Shown here: positions 26,591 through 37,258 of the stretch, one piece after another
Numbering within the stretch: position 1 is the first letter of the stretch
How the letters are laid out: every line of letters starts with the position of its first letter
From: Candidatus Woesearchaeota archaeon
GTDB lineage: Archaea > Nanobdellota > Nanobdellia > SCGC-AAA011-G17 > CAYHUM01
Direction of reading: 5' to 3'
NCBI GenBank assembly: GCA_964359945.1
Contig: CAYHUM010000002.1
Span: 1-57,740 of the forward strand
Length of the DNA stretch: 57,740 nt
Notes under the pieces: model-generated
Told to the model about the DNA's origin: nothing
The model's input: the letters and a program-made list of their open reading frames with translations, nothing else
Database searches by the model: none
Program-made: the position numbers and the translations under genes

Positions 26591-29167
26591 ATGATAGAAT
26601 TTCAAAATAAAGAGTATGGCAATGAAGAAATAAATAATATTTTGAATCCTGTTGTAAAGAGATGGTTTTATAGTAAATTTAAAGAGTTTTCTTTGCCTCA
26701 AAAATATGGTGTTATTGAAATACATAAAAGAAATAATATTCTAATTAGTGCTCCTACAGGGGGGACTAAAACATTAACTGCATTTCTTAGTATAATGAAT
26801 GAATTAATTAATTACTCTGAAAGTGGAAATTTAGAAAATAAAGTTTATTGTGTTTATGTAAGTCCATTAAAAGCATTAAATATGGATATTCAAAGAAATC
26901 TTGTGGAGCCTCTAAAAGAAATAGAAGAAATTTCTGGAAAAAAATTAGGAATAAATGTAGCTGTAAGAACTGGTGATACTAGCCCAAGTGAGAAAGCAAA
27001 CATGCTAAAGAAAGTTCCACATATATTAATAACTACACCAGAAAGTTTAGCTATAATATTAACTTCAAGGAAATTTAAAGAATTTTTAAGAGATGTTAGG
27101 TGGGTTATTATTGATGAGGTTCATGCTTTAGCAGATAATAAAAGGGGAGTTTATCTAAGTTTAAGTTTAGAAAGATTAGAATTGTTAACTAATAATAATT
27201 TTACAAGAATTGGGCTAAGTGCTACTATTTCTCCCTTAGATGAAGTAGCTAAATTTTTAGTTGGTACAAATAGGAGTTGTAAAATTGCTGATGTTCAATT
27301 CATAAAGAAAATGGATTTAAAAGTATTAAGTCCTGTTCCAGATTTAGTCAATGTTACACATAAAGATTTACATGATAATCTATATGATCTACTTGATAAG
27401 TTAGTCCAGGAACATAGAACTACTTTAATTTTTACTAATACAAGAAGTGCTACTGAAAGAGTTGTTCATCATTTAAAAGAGAAATTTCCAAGGAATTATA
27501 CTGAAAATATAGGTGCACATCATGGAAGTTTAAGTAAGAAATTAAGGCATGAATTAGAAGAAAGGTTAAAAAAAGGAGAACTAAAAGTTGTTGTTTGTAG
27601 TACCTCTTTAGAATTAGGTATTGATATAGGTTATATCGATTTGGTAATTTTACTTGGAAGTCCAAAAAGTGTTGCTCGTGGATTACAAAGAATAGGACGT
27701 TCAGGACATCAATTACATGAAACATCCAAAGGAAGAATAATTGTCTTGGACAGAGATGATTTAATTGAGTGTAGTGTTTTGTTAAAAGCAGCTATAGAAA
27801 AAAAGATTGATAAAATTCATATACCTGAAAATTGTTTAGATGTTTTAGCTCAACAAATTTATGGTATAGCTATTTCTGATAAAATTCATATTAATGATCT
27901 ACTTAAATTAATTAAAAATAGTTATTGTTATAGGAGTTTAAGTAAAGATGATTTTATGGAGATTATTAAATATCTAAGTGGTCAATATATTAGTTTAGAG
28001 GATAGACATGTTTATGCTAAGATTTGGTATGATAATGAAACTGGAATGATTGGTAAGAAAGGCAAACTTGGAAGAATGATATATATGACTAATATAGGAA
28101 CTATTCCAGAAGAAACTTTTGTTACTGTTAAAGTTGGAGAAGAACCTATAGGTACCATTGATGAGGGTTTTTTAGAGAGATTAAAGAAAGGAGATGTTTT
28201 TGTTTTGGGTGGACAAACATATTTATTTAAATTTGCTCGTGGAATGGTCGCTCAAGTTGAATCTAGTTTAGGAAGACCTCCTACTGTACCTAGCTGGTTT
28301 TCTGAAGTTTTACCATTAAGTTTTGATTTAGCTTTAGAAATAGGAAAATTTAGAAGATTTATGGAAGAGAAGTTTAAAGCAAAACAAAGTAAAGATGAAA
28401 TTTTAAAATTTATTGATGAATATTTGTATGTAGACAAAAACGGAGCTAATGCTATTTATAAATACTTTAGAGAACAACATTTATTTGCAAGAGAGATCCC
28501 AAATGATAAGAAAATATTAGTTGAATATTTTAATGAAGATAATAAAAAATATGTTGTGTTTCATAGCTTATATGGAAGAAGGGTAAATGATGTTTTATCT
28601 AGAGCAGTTGCTTTTGCTATTTCAAGATTAGAACATAGGGATGTAGAAATAGGTATTAATGATAATGGGTTTTATGTTGCTTATACTAAAAATATTAATG
28701 TAATAAGGGCATTTAAGGCTGTAAAAAGTAGTAATTTAGAAGGTGTTTTAAAACAAGCCATTGACAAAGCTGAAATTATGCGAAGAAGATTTAGACATTG
28801 TGCAACTAGGTCTTTAATGATTTTAAGGAATTATAAAGGTAGAGAGAAAAGAGTTGGAAGACAACAAGTAAGTTCTATGATTTTAATGAATGCTTTAAAG
28901 AGAATAAGTAATGATTTTTCTATTTTAAAAGAAGCTAGAAGAGAAATTCTTGAAGACTTTATGGATATAGAAAATGCTAAAAAAATAATAAGAGAGATAG
29001 AGAATGAAAAAATAAAGATTAAAGAGATTTCTACTATATTACCTAGTCCATTTGCTTTTAATATTGCAATGCAAGGTTATATTGATATTTTAAAAATAGA
29101 AGATAAGATTGAGTTTTTAAAAAGAATGCATGAAAAGATTATGGCGAAGATAGAAGTAGAAAGTTAA
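26591..29167 (+). CDS. lhr: Lhr-core-type superfamily 2 DEAD/DEAH helicase
   Basis: Motif I APTGGTKT, motif II IIDEVHAL, motif III LSATIS, motif VI QRIGRSGH. A long C-terminal WH/beta-barrel extension is typical of Lhr. Confidence 0.9.
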   Translation: MIEFQNKEYGNEEINNILNPVVKRWFYSKFKEFSLPQKYGVIEIHKRNNILISAPTGGTKTLTAFLSIMNELINYSESGNLENKVYCVYVSPLKALNMDIQRNLVEPLKEIEEISGKKLGINVAVRTGDTSPSEKANMLKKVPHILITTPESLAIILTSRKFKEFLRDVRWVIIDEVHALADNKRGVYLSLSLERLELLTNNNFTRIGLSATISPLDEVAKFLVGTNRSCKIADVQFIKKMDLKVLSPVPDLVNVTHKDLHDNLYDLLDKLVQEHRTTLIFTNTRSATERVVHHLKEKFPRNYTENIGAHHGSLSKKLRHELEERLKKGELKVVVCSTSLELGIDIGYIDLVILLGSPKSVARGLQRIGRSGHQLHETSKGRIIVLDRDDLIECSVLLKAAIEKKIDKIHIPENCLDVLAQQIYGIAISDKIHINDLLKLIKNSYCYRSLSKDDFMEIIKYLSGQYISLEDRHVYAKIWYDNETGMIGKKGKLGRMIYMTNIGTIPEETFVTVKVGEEPIGTIDEGFLERLKKGDVFVLGGQTYLFKFARGMVAQVESSLGRPPTVPSWFSEVLPLSFDLALEIGKFRRFMEEKFKAKQSKDEILKFIDEYLYVDKNGANAIYKYFREQHLFAREIPNDKKILVEYFNEDNKKYVVFHSLYGRRVNDVLSRAVAFAISRLEHRDVEIGINDNGFYVAYTKNINVIRAFKAVKSSNLEGVLKQAIDKAEIMRRRFRHCATRSLMILRNYKGREKRVGRQQVSSMILMNALKRISNDFSILKEARREILEDFMDIENAKKIIREIENEKIKIKEISTILPSPFAFNIAMQGYIDILKIEDKIEFLKRMHEKIMAKIEVES

Positions 29168-29184
29168 TCATTCCTTTTTTAGGG

Positions 29185-30111
29185 TTAAAATATTTTTTTA
29201 AGTAATGTTCTCCATCCATGACCTGTCCAAACCGTTACAATTTGTGAAATATCATTATGGGATAATAATTTCTCAGCTCCAAGTAAGTTTCCTGAGGTAG
29301 GGTAGTCTATAGAGATACCTAATTCTTTAGGAATGATTTCTGCTGTTTTTTTCATAGTTTCTTCATCAAATAATAATACATCATCAACTATCTTCTCTAA
29401 TTCCTTTTTCATTCTGGTACTACCTTCACACGATATCCCCCATACACTATGAGGTATTGCTTTAGGTACATAATTGTGAATGGAGGAATGGAGGAATGGA
29501 GCTTCATTTAATTCAACTGCATAAATCTTCATTTTTGGAAAATTTTTCTTTAGCCCAAGAGAGGTTCCAAGCAATAAACCTCCGCTTCCAATAACTGAAA
29601 CTAAAGCTTCTGGGGTTACATTTTTTAATCGAAAATAATTACTAAGTTCTTCTCCGATCTTAGAATATGCAGAAATCGCATCCTCAAGTGCATCAGCCTG
29701 ATTAAAGTAAAACCCATTGTTGTCCTTATTAGCAAATTCTCTTGCTTTTTTTGAACCTTCTAATAACCAATCATCTTTATCAACAAAATTAACTCTCGCT
29801 CCATACATCTCTATATACTCTGCAAATGGGCCTGCTACATAATCTGGAAGCCAAACCTCGACATTGTAACCTAACAATTTACCAAACTGTGCTAATGCAG
29901 CTGCCTCTGAACCTGTGCTTACGTCATACAATGTCATTCCTGGGTAAATCACTCCTTCAGATTGAAGTCTAGATATTCTATGATTCACGAATCTTGTCTT
30001 TGGTGTTCCTGTTAAGTTTTGCCATTCACATTTAAGATAAACATTATTTTTTATCAAAATTGTGTTTGTGTTTCCGATTAAATTTTCTATTACTTCCTTA
30101 GCAGAATTCAT
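29185..30111 (-). CDS. fold-type II PLP-dependent enzyme (divergent member of the cysteine synthase/CBS family)
   Basis: IGNT...LKCEWQNLTGTPKTR contains the PLP-Lys context and GSGGLLLG is the glycine loop. The substrate loop reads STGSEAAA instead of TSGNTG. Confidence 0.7.
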   Translation of the reverse strand: MNSAKEVIENLIGNTNTILIKNNVYLKCEWQNLTGTPKTRFVNHRISRLQSEGVIYPGMTLYDVSTGSEAAALAQFGKLLGYNVEVWLPDYVAGPFAEYIEMYGARVNFVDKDDWLLEGSKKAREFANKDNNGFYFNQADALEDAISAYSKIGEELSNYFRLKNVTPEALVSVIGSGGLLLGTSLGLKKNFPKMKIYAVELNEAPFLHSSIHNYVPKAIPHSVWGISCEGSTRMKKELEKIVDDVLLFDEETMKKTAEIIPKELGISIDYPTSGNLLGAEKLLSHNDISQIVTVWTGHGWRTLLKKIF

Positions 30112-30216
30112 AATTATTTATTGTTTAGATAAATTTAAATAACTTACTTTTTACGATTGTTATTTAGATTAGGATTTAACGAAAGCTTTATAAATTTATT
30201 TTAGTTTTGAGTGATA

Positions 30217-30390
30217 ATGGTAACGTTTTTATGTACAGTTTGTAAGTATAAATTCAGTCCAAGAAGTAAAACTAGGAAAAACCCTCCTGTATTATGTCCT
30301 TCTTGTTCTAGAGAAGGAACTTTAATTGATATTGACACTAGTGCAGAAGGTTTGCTTAGAGAAGCTTCTAATGAAGAATATAATCGTTAA
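30217..30390 (+). CDS. 57-aa zinc-ribbon protein (not in the ORF track)
   Basis: My own translation is MVTFLCTVCKYKFSPRSKTRKNPPVLCPSCSREGTLIDIDTSAEGLLREASNEEYNR (CxxC-x17-CxxC). A TTTATAAATT box lies about 25 nt upstream. Confidence 0.45.
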   Translation: MVTFLCTVCKYKFSPRSKTRKNPPVLCPSCSREGTLIDIDTSAEGLLREASNEEYNR

Positions 30391-30420
30391 ATAAATAAAG
30401 TTTATTTCTATTAGTTTATT

Positions 30421-31125
30421 ATGGAAATTCTAAAAAACATAGAAATTAAAGATTTAGCATTATATTTAAAGAAAGAAAAGATTTTAGTTATAGGAGATTT
30501 ACATTTAGGTTATGAACAATCCTTAATTGAAAAAGGTATTTTAGTTCCTAAGTTTTATTTTAAAGATTTAATTAGTAGATTAGAAAAGATTTTGAGTAAA
30601 GTTAAGGTAGATTATATTGTTATTAATGGAGATTTAAAACATGAGTTTGGTATTATAAGTAGAGAAGAATGGAAAAATTCTCTTGATTTAATTGATTTTT
30701 TAAGTAAATATGGAAAATTAATATTAGTGAGAGGAAACCATGATACTATTTTAAAACCAATAGCAGAATTAAAAAAGTTAAAAATTAATGATTATTACAA
30801 AGTTAATGATATATATATTTGTCATGGACATAAACTTCCTAATGATATTGATTTTGCTTCTTCTAAACTTATAATTGTTGGTCATGAACATCCTGCCATA
30901 AGCTTAAGAGAAGGTGCTAAAAAAGAATTGTATAAATGTTTTTTATTTGGAAAATTTAAGAATAAAAAACTAATTGTTATGCCTAGCTTTGATTTAGTTA
31001 CAGAAGGAAGTGATATTTTTAAAAATGAAGTATTAAGTCCTTTTTTGAAACAAGATTTGAAGAACTTTGATGTTTATATTGTTGCTGATAAGGTTTATAA
31101 ATTTGGAGAATTAAAAAATATTTAA
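30421..31125 (+). CDS. metallophosphoesterase, COG1407-like (the MPE family that partners with Lhr)
   Basis: GDLHLGYE, INGDLKHEF, RGNHD, CHGH and GHEHP motifs. Confidence 0.8.
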   Translation: MEILKNIEIKDLALYLKKEKILVIGDLHLGYEQSLIEKGILVPKFYFKDLISRLEKILSKVKVDYIVINGDLKHEFGIISREEWKNSLDLIDFLSKYGKLILVRGNHDTILKPIAELKKLKINDYYKVNDIYICHGHKLPNDIDFASSKLIIVGHEHPAISLREGAKKELYKCFLFGKFKNKKLIVMPSFDLVTEGSDIFKNEVLSPFLKQDLKNFDVYIVADKVYKFGELKNI

Positions 31126-31559
31126 CCTATATAATTTTCAGGTTTTTGTCCTGGGGTTATTTGAGGTAAAGGTATATTTGGAGGTAAGTTAACATCTTGT
31201 GAAAAAGTAAGTGCTTTTATGTTACATCTTGTTATGATAGTGTTTAGTAATAATGACATTAGGGGATCGGGTAATTTTTTATCTTTTTTCCATCCTTTAT
31301 ATGCTTCTTTAAGTTTTTTAGTTTCTTCAAGATAAAGAATAGTTCCTTTAAAAGACATTATACCTACTTTAGGTTCATATTCAACTGTATACTCAAAAGT
31401 AAATTTAAGAATATCATCTTGGTTTCCAAATGGTATTTTGTCTTCTTCTACTTCCTTAATTCCAAAATTATTTTTAATGTTTACATTAGATAAATCTTGT
31501 TTTTTATTTGGAAGTTTTTCTATGATTATTTTATCAAAATTAAATCCTACGATTGGCAT
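31122..31559 (-). CDS. hypothetical protein
   Basis: 145-aa ORF lying downstream of argS on the same strand. No motif I can name with confidence. Confidence 0.45.
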   Translation of the reverse strand: MPIVGFNFDKIIIEKLPNKKQDLSNVNIKNNFGIKEVEEDKIPFGNQDDILKFTFEYTVEYEPKVGIMSFKGTILYLEETKKLKEAYKGWKKDKKLPDPLMSLLLNTIITRCNIKALTFSQDVNLPPNIPLPQITPGQKPENYIG

Positions 31560-31597
31560 TTTTAATGTTTAAAAGAATAAGTATTTAAAGCTTATGA

Positions 31598-33289
31598 TTA
31601 CATTTCTTCAACGGTTTTAATTCCTAATAAAGATAATCCATTTTCTAATACTTGTTTTACTGATTTAACTATTAATAATCTTGTGTTTCTTATTTTTTGT
31701 TCTTCTTTAAGTATCTGACAAAAATGATAGAACTCATTAAATGAACGCGCTAAATCAAGCAAATAATGTGCTAATATTGAAGGTTTATAGTGTATTGAAC
31801 TTTGGTTTATATAATAATTAAAATTATTTAATTTCTTGATTAGATCTATTTCATATTTTGTTTCTAGGTTATTTATATTAATTTTATTTGGAATTTTTCT
31901 TGCTTTTTTAAGAATACTATTACACCTCACGTAAGTATATTGTAAATAAGGTGCTGTGTTACCCTCAAAATCTAAAATTTTGTTCCAATCAAAAATTATA
32001 TCGTTATTTCTATCATTAACTAAGTCTGCGAAGATTACTGAACCTATTCCTATTTTTTTAGCTATTTCTTCTTTATTTTTTAGCTTCGGATTTTTTTGTT
32101 CAATTGTCTTTTTAGCTAGATCTATAGCCATGTTTAATACTTTTTCCAATAAAACTAAACGTCCTCTTCTTGTTGAAAATGCTTTTCCCTCTGGTAGTTT
32201 AATTAGACCAAATGATACATGAATGAATCTATTTTTATCATAACCAAGTAGTTCAAGAACCTTAAAAAATTGTAAAAAATGTAATTTTTGTTCTGAACCT
32301 ACGACATAAATGATCCTTTCTGGATTAAATTTGTTAATCCTATAAATTGCTGCTGCTAAATCACGAGTAGCATATGTAGAAGCATCATCTGATTTTTTTA
32401 AGAGTAAAGGGGGCATTTTGTGCTTTTCGAGATTAACAACCAACGCATTATCATTAATTTCAGTAAGTTTTTTTAATTCTAGTTGTTTTATCATCTTATC
32501 TAATAATGGTTGATAAAAACTTTCTCCTGTATAAGAATCAAACCTTATATCAAGAATGTTATATATTTTCAGAAAATAATTTAGGCTTAAATCACGAAAT
32601 TTTTTCCATAAGTTAATAGCTTCTTTATCATTATTTTCCAGTTTTTTAAACCATAGCTTTGCTTCTTCTTTTAAAGCAGAATCATTTTCTATTTCTTTAT
32701 ACATTTTTACATACAAATCTAAAGAATGGTTTATAGGATCTTTTTTAAGTAATTCTGGATTACCATATTTTTTATATGCTAAGATTAAAACTCCAAATTG
32801 TGTTCCGTAATCTCCAAGATGATTTATTTTTATACATTTATAACCTAAAAATGAATGAATATTAGAGAGGGAATTTCCAATAACTGTAGATCTTAAATGC
32901 CCAATATTAAAAGGTTTAGCTATATTCGGAGAGGAAAACTCAATTATTATTTTTTTATTTTTACCCTCATTAGAATTTCCAAATTTATTTTTTTTGTCAA
33001 AAATATCTTTAATTAAATCTCTGGCAATATAATTATAATTTATAAAAAAATTTAAATATGATCCTTTAATTTCTATATTATATATAATTTCGTTCTCAGG
33101 AATCGTATTAGCAAGTTTTTCTGCTATTTTTTCTGCTGGTTCCTTTAGAAGATGGGATAATTTAAAACAAGGTAATGAATAATCTCCAAAAGAATTATCT
33201 GGAGGTATCTCAATTAAAGAATAAATTTCTTCTACTCCGATAGGCAATCTTTTTTTAAGTAATATTGAAATTTCTTTTTTAATGTCCAT
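31598..33289 (-). CDS. argS: arginyl-tRNA synthetase
   Basis: Class I HIGH-type motif ([15 protein letters not shown]), a DALR-type anticodon-binding C-terminus, and typical length. Confidence 0.95.
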   Translation of the reverse strand: MDIKKEISILLKKRLPIGVEEIYSLIEIPPDNSFGDYSLPCFKLSHLLKEPAEKIAEKLANTIPENEIIYNIEIKGSYLNFFINYNYIARDLIKDIFDKKNKFGNSNEGKNKKIIIEFSSPNIAKPFNIGHLRSTVIGNSLSNIHSFLGYKCIKINHLGDYGTQFGVLILAYKKYGNPELLKKDPINHSLDLYVKMYKEIENDSALKEEAKLWFKKLENNDKEAINLWKKFRDLSLNYFLKIYNILDIRFDSYTGESFYQPLLDKMIKQLELKKLTEINDNALVVNLEKHKMPPLLLKKSDDASTYATRDLAAAIYRINKFNPERIIYVVGSEQKLHFLQFFKVLELLGYDKNRFIHVSFGLIKLPEGKAFSTRRGRLVLLEKVLNMAIDLAKKTIEQKNPKLKNKEEIAKKIGIGSVIFADLVNDRNNDIIFDWNKILDFEGNTAPYLQYTYVRCNSILKKARKIPNKININNLETKYEIDLIKKLNNFNYYINQSSIHYKPSILAHYLLDLARSFNEFYHFCQILKEEQKIRNTRLLIVKSVKQVLENGLSLLGIKTVEEM

Positions 33290-35165
33290 ATTTTTCAGAT
33301 TTAAGGATATTCTTAAGGATCTTTTGTTTTCCTCTCCACTCTAATGCCTCTTTAAGTACTTGGCCAATTGTTTTTACTGGAATTACTTTTACTTTATTTC
33401 TATTTTCTGACGTTAATAAAACATCTTTCTCATTTGCTTTTGGAATTATTACTCTTTTAATTCCTGCTTCTATTGCTGCTTCTATTTTAGCTGTTACACC
33501 TCCAACAGCTAAAACTTCTCCCCTTACAGATAATGAACCTGTTAAAGCAGTATCTTGTCTTATAGGAACTTTTTTTAGCGCTGAAATGATTGCTGTTGCT
33601 ACTGCTATTGATGCAGAGTCTCCTTCTACACCAGAATCAGCTGTTTGTAAAAATTGAACATATAAATCATATTTACCTTTTATATCTTCACCAAAATATT
33701 TTTTAATGATTGCACTAACATTCTTTATTGCTTCTTTTGCTATCTCTCCTAATTTTCCGGTTGCGATTATTTCAGATTCTTTTCCTCCTAAAGTAACTTC
33801 AGATTCTATAGGTAATACTATTCCTGAAAATGCAGACCCTGAACCAATAACTGCTAACCCGTTCACTCTCCCAATATAAGTTCCTTGGGTTATAATAACT
33901 TCATATAATTTTTTTGTTTCTATATATTTATCGGCTATTTGTTGTTCTAAAGTACGTGCAAATCTCTTTGCTTTTAAAACATGAACTCTTTCTACAAATC
34001 TAGAATTTTCTTCATGAGCTAAGTCTCCTGCAGCTCTTACAAGGCCTCCTAATTCTCTTAATTTTAATGTTAATTTTCCCATTATTCCTGCTCTTCTTCT
34101 TGCTTCAATAATGATTTCATCAACTGCTTCTTTTGTAAAATGAGGAATTTTTTTGTCTTTTACTACCTCTTGTGCTACAAAAACTGCTAATTTTTCTTTA
34201 TTTTCAGATGTATATTCTATAGTATCATGCATATAGACTTCATAACCATATCCACGAATTCTTGATCTTAGGGCAGGATGCATATTTCTAACTGTTTCTG
34301 CATTACCTGCAGCTATTAAAATAAAATCACATGGAACAGGTTCTGTTCTTACCATTGCTCCAGCTGATCTTTCTGATTGACCTGTAATTGGATATCTTTT
34401 TTCTTGGATTATTGTTAATAATTCTTGTTGTGTTCTAGGTTTAAGTGTTGCAATTTCATCTATGAATAAAACACCACCATTTGCTCGATGAATCATACCT
34501 GGAATTACACGTTCATATGAAGGAGTTCCAAGTCCTCCACTTTGAAAAGGATCATGAAGAACATCTCCAAGTAAAGCCCCTGCATGAGCTCCTGTTCCAT
34601 CTACAAATGGAGCTTGTTTTTGTTTAGAATTGTCTATGAGTAATTTTGGGACTTTTAGAGTAGTGTTGCTTAAATTTGCTCTTCTACTTAAATTCATAAA
34701 TAATACAAATGCTCCTAAAAATATCATACTCCCTATTAGAGAAGCAGCTGCCATTATATCACCATATTGTTTTCTAATCCACCATGGTGTTATTATTGTT
34801 ATTATAACTAAAATAAAAAAGATCATGTTTTGATTTCTTAAGGAACCGGTAGACTGGATTTTCATCTTAGTAACAAAATCTAATCCTTTACCTCTAGACA
34901 TTGTCCTTACTAAAGGAAGATTTTCATCTTGCATATTATGAAAACATAAAACATCAACTAATTTTTCTTTAGGTAATAATTCTGCAAGGGCTTGACCTAA
35001 CATACTTTTTCCTGTTCCAGGTTCCCCTATTAATAAGATATGTCTTCTTTGCTTAGCTGCTTTTTTGATTATTTCACGAGCTTCATCTTGTCCTATGACT
35101 TGATCAGCAATTTTCTCAGAAATTTTTAGCTCTTGTGTGGTTTTATATTTTAATTCTTTAGCCAT
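33279..35165 (-). CDS. lon: archaeal membrane-bound Lon protease (LonB)
   Basis: Walker A GEPGTGKS, two TM helices inserted in the AAA module, and a C-terminal Lon protease domain (GDSASIA...GVTAKIEAA). Confidence 0.93.
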   Translation of the reverse strand: MAKELKYKTTQELKISEKIADQVIGQDEAREIIKKAAKQRRHILLIGEPGTGKSMLGQALAELLPKEKLVDVLCFHNMQDENLPLVRTMSRGKGLDFVTKMKIQSTGSLRNQNMIFFILVIITIITPWWIRKQYGDIMAAASLIGSMIFLGAFVLFMNLSRRANLSNTTLKVPKLLIDNSKQKQAPFVDGTGAHAGALLGDVLHDPFQSGGLGTPSYERVIPGMIHRANGGVLFIDEIATLKPRTQQELLTIIQEKRYPITGQSERSAGAMVRTEPVPCDFILIAAGNAETVRNMHPALRSRIRGYGYEVYMHDTIEYTSENKEKLAVFVAQEVVKDKKIPHFTKEAVDEIIIEARRRAGIMGKLTLKLRELGGLVRAAGDLAHEENSRFVERVHVLKAKRFARTLEQQIADKYIETKKLYEVIITQGTYIGRVNGLAVIGSGSAFSGIVLPIESEVTLGGKESEIIATGKLGEIAKEAIKNVSAIIKKYFGEDIKGKYDLYVQFLQTADSGVEGDSASIAVATAIISALKKVPIRQDTALTGSLSVRGEVLAVGGVTAKIEAAIEAGIKRVIIPKANEKDVLLTSENRNKVKVIPVKTIGQVLKEALEWRGKQKILKNILKSEKYGH

Positions 35166-35230
35166 TTTCTTAAGATTATATCAAAATTTACCTAAATCTT
35201 TAGAAATAGAGATTTAAAAAAGTAATGTTT

Positions 35231-35494
35231 TTAAATTATGTCTTCTTCTGAAATTACTACAAAGTCGCCTACTGCTATTACAGCACTAAATGGAACTAAG
35301 AAACTTCCGTTTTTGTCTCTTTCTAAATCCAATCCCTCAGTAAAGGATGTTGGATCTTTAAGAAGAATGTGTAATAATTCTCCTGTTCTTGTTTCAAAAC
35401 TTATATTACCAACAACACCAAATCTTCTTCCAGTTTTACTAACTACGGTCTTTCCTAGGATGTGCTTAGCATATTTTTTTGATTCTTCTACCAT
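35231..35494 (-). CDS. PRC-barrel domain protein
   Basis: GKTVVSKTGRRFGVVGNISFETRTGELLHILL pattern. A GAGGG SD lies 5 nt upstream of the ATG. Confidence 0.7.
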   Translation of the reverse strand: MVEESKKYAKHILGKTVVSKTGRRFGVVGNISFETRTGELLHILLKDPTSFTEGLDLERDKNGSFLVPFSAVIAVGDFVVISEEDII

Positions 35495-35674
35495 TTTGCC
35501 CTCATTGTGGAGTGTAAATATTCACTTATTTATAAATATTTCTAAGGTGGAGTGTGTATTTTATGTTATTTAGAGATTTAATTCTTTTTTGATAAGAGAT
35601 ATTTTTAACATGTTATAAAAAAGTAAATTATAATTTAAAGATATATCTTAATTACCTATATATTCTCTTTTCGA

Positions 35675-35995
35675 CCCTCACACCATCATTTCTTATGGAA
35701 AAGATTATATTTCTTATGGAATTTATTTAGGTTATAGCCTTTCTTAAAGGCTTTTTTTAGGATATTAAAAATAAGTGTTTTTATAGTTTATTTTTAAAAT
35801 TAGAATGATTAATAATCTTTATATATTTATTATATTGTTATTTTAAAGGTTTTTAATACATACTTTATAAATTTTTCTAAATTGTAAAATATATAATATA
35901 AATTCAAAATCTATTACTACTAACAAGAAATTCTATCGGAAATAAGGGTGTAAATTTATAAAAAAATTATCTCCAAAGGAAATATAGGTCAGGGG
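35675..35995. other. candidate replication origin (oriC): inverted ORB-like repeats flanking an AT-rich unwinding region
   Basis: Reverse-oriented copies are at 35675-35700 (rc TTCCATAAGAAATGATGGTGTGAGGG) and 35709-35721 (rc TTCCATAAGAAAT). Forward copies are at 35931-35950 (TTCTATCGGAAATAAGGGTG) and 35970-35995 (TCTCCAAAGGAAATATAGGTCAGGGG). About 200 bp of almost pure A/T lies between them, immediately upstream of orc1/cdc6. Confidence 0.65.
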
Positions 35996-36049
35996 ATATG
36001 TTCTACAAAATAACAAATCTTAAATAATCCAACATTCTCAATAGTGGAA

Positions 36050-37258
36050 ATGTCTCAAATTAATTTAGGGGGTTTTTTTGAAAATTTTCTAAAAAAAGAT
36101 CCTTTATTTGTTGATAAAAATGTTCTTCAATCTAATTATACACCTGAAACAATTCCCCATAGAGAAGATCAAGTAAAACAAGTTGCTAGTATTTTAGCCC
36201 CATCTTTAAGATTGGAAAAACCATCAAATCTTTTTGTATATGGTAAAACAGGTACAGGTAAAACATTATCTATAAAATATGTTACAAATCAAATTACAGA
36301 AATTTCTAAAAAGAAAAAAATAAAACTAACAGCTTTTTATTTAAACTGTAAGTTAAAAAGAATTGCGGATACAGAATATAGATTGATTGCAGAACTAGCA
36401 AGAGATATGGGTAAAGAAATACCTCCTACAGGATTACCAACAGATGAAGTCTATAAAAGATTTGTTGATTTAGTTGATTCAGAAAAAAAAATTATCATCT
36501 TAGTTTTAGATGAAATTGATCATTTAGTAAAAAAAACTGGTGATGAAATTTTATATAATTTAACAAGGCTAAACTCAGAATTAAAACATGCCCAATTATC
36601 TATAATTGGAATTTCTAATGACCTTACTTTTAGAGATAGCTTAGACCCAAGAATTAAAAGTTCACTTTCAGAGGAAGAGTTGCATTTCCCCCCATATAAC
36701 GCTTTACAATTACAAGACATTTTAAGACAAAGAGCGAAAATTGCTTTTAGAGAGGGTATTGTAACAGATGGAGTAATAGAAAAATGTGCTGCATATGCTG
36801 CTAAAGAGCATGGTGATGCGAGAAGAGCTTTAGAATTGTTAAGAGTAGCAGGAGAATTAGCAGAAAGAGACGGAAAAGGGAAGATTGTTATTAAACATAT
36901 TGATGAAGCAGAAGAAAAAATTGATAGTGATAGAATCTTAAATGCAATTAAAGTACAACCAAAACAAGTTCAAACTACTTTATTAACTATTACAGAAATT
37001 TATTCTCGGTCAAAAGAATCTATATCTAGTGGAGACATTTATGATTTATATAAAGATTATTGTTTGAAGTGTGGTATGAATCCTCTAACACAAAGAAGAG
37101 TTTCAGATATAATTGCTGAGTTAGATATGCTTGGAATAATAAATGCAAGAGTAGTTAGTAAAGGAAGATATGGAAGAACAAGAGAGATAAGATTAGCTGT
37201 TCCAGAATCTATTATATATAAAATGAAAGAGATTTTAAAAGAGGGTTTAGGATTATGA
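36050..37258 (+). CDS. cdc6: Orc1/Cdc6 replication initiator
   Basis: Walker A GKTGTGKT, Walker B LVLDEID, sensor regions and a C-terminal winged helix. I prefer the ATG at 36050 over the GTG at 36044. Confidence 0.93.
   Translation: MSQINLGGFFENFLKKDPLFVDKNVLQSNYTPETIPHREDQVKQVASILAPSLRLEKPSNLFVYGKTGTGKTLSIKYVTNQITEISKKKKIKLTAFYLNCKLKRIADTEYRLIAELARDMGKEIPPTGLPTDEVYKRFVDLVDSEKKIIILVLDEIDHLVKKTGDEILYNLTRLNSELKHAQLSIIGISNDLTFRDSLDPRIKSSLSEEELHFPPYNALQLQDILRQRAKIAFREGIVTDGVIEKCAAYAAKEHGDARRALELLRVAGELAERDGKGKIVIKHIDEAEEKIDSDRILNAIKVQPKQVQTTLLTITEIYSRSKESISSGDIYDLYKDYCLKCGMNPLTQRRVSDIIAELDMLGIINARVVSKGRYGRTREIRLAVPESIIYKMKEILKEGLGL

Noticed and set aside
31122-31559. Impression that the 145-aa protein resembles a SecB-like chaperone (beta-rich N-terminal part, C-terminal helix, NLPPNIPLP tail).
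   Set aside because: This rests only on a vague pattern resemblance. I have no diagnostic motif I can defend without an HMM or structure comparison, so it stays hypothetical.
35499-35503. CCCTC near 35499 as the G-string of an additional ORB.
   Set aside because: On the minus strand it reads GAGGG 5 nt upstream of the PRC-barrel gene ATG, so it is more simply a Shine-Dalgarno element.
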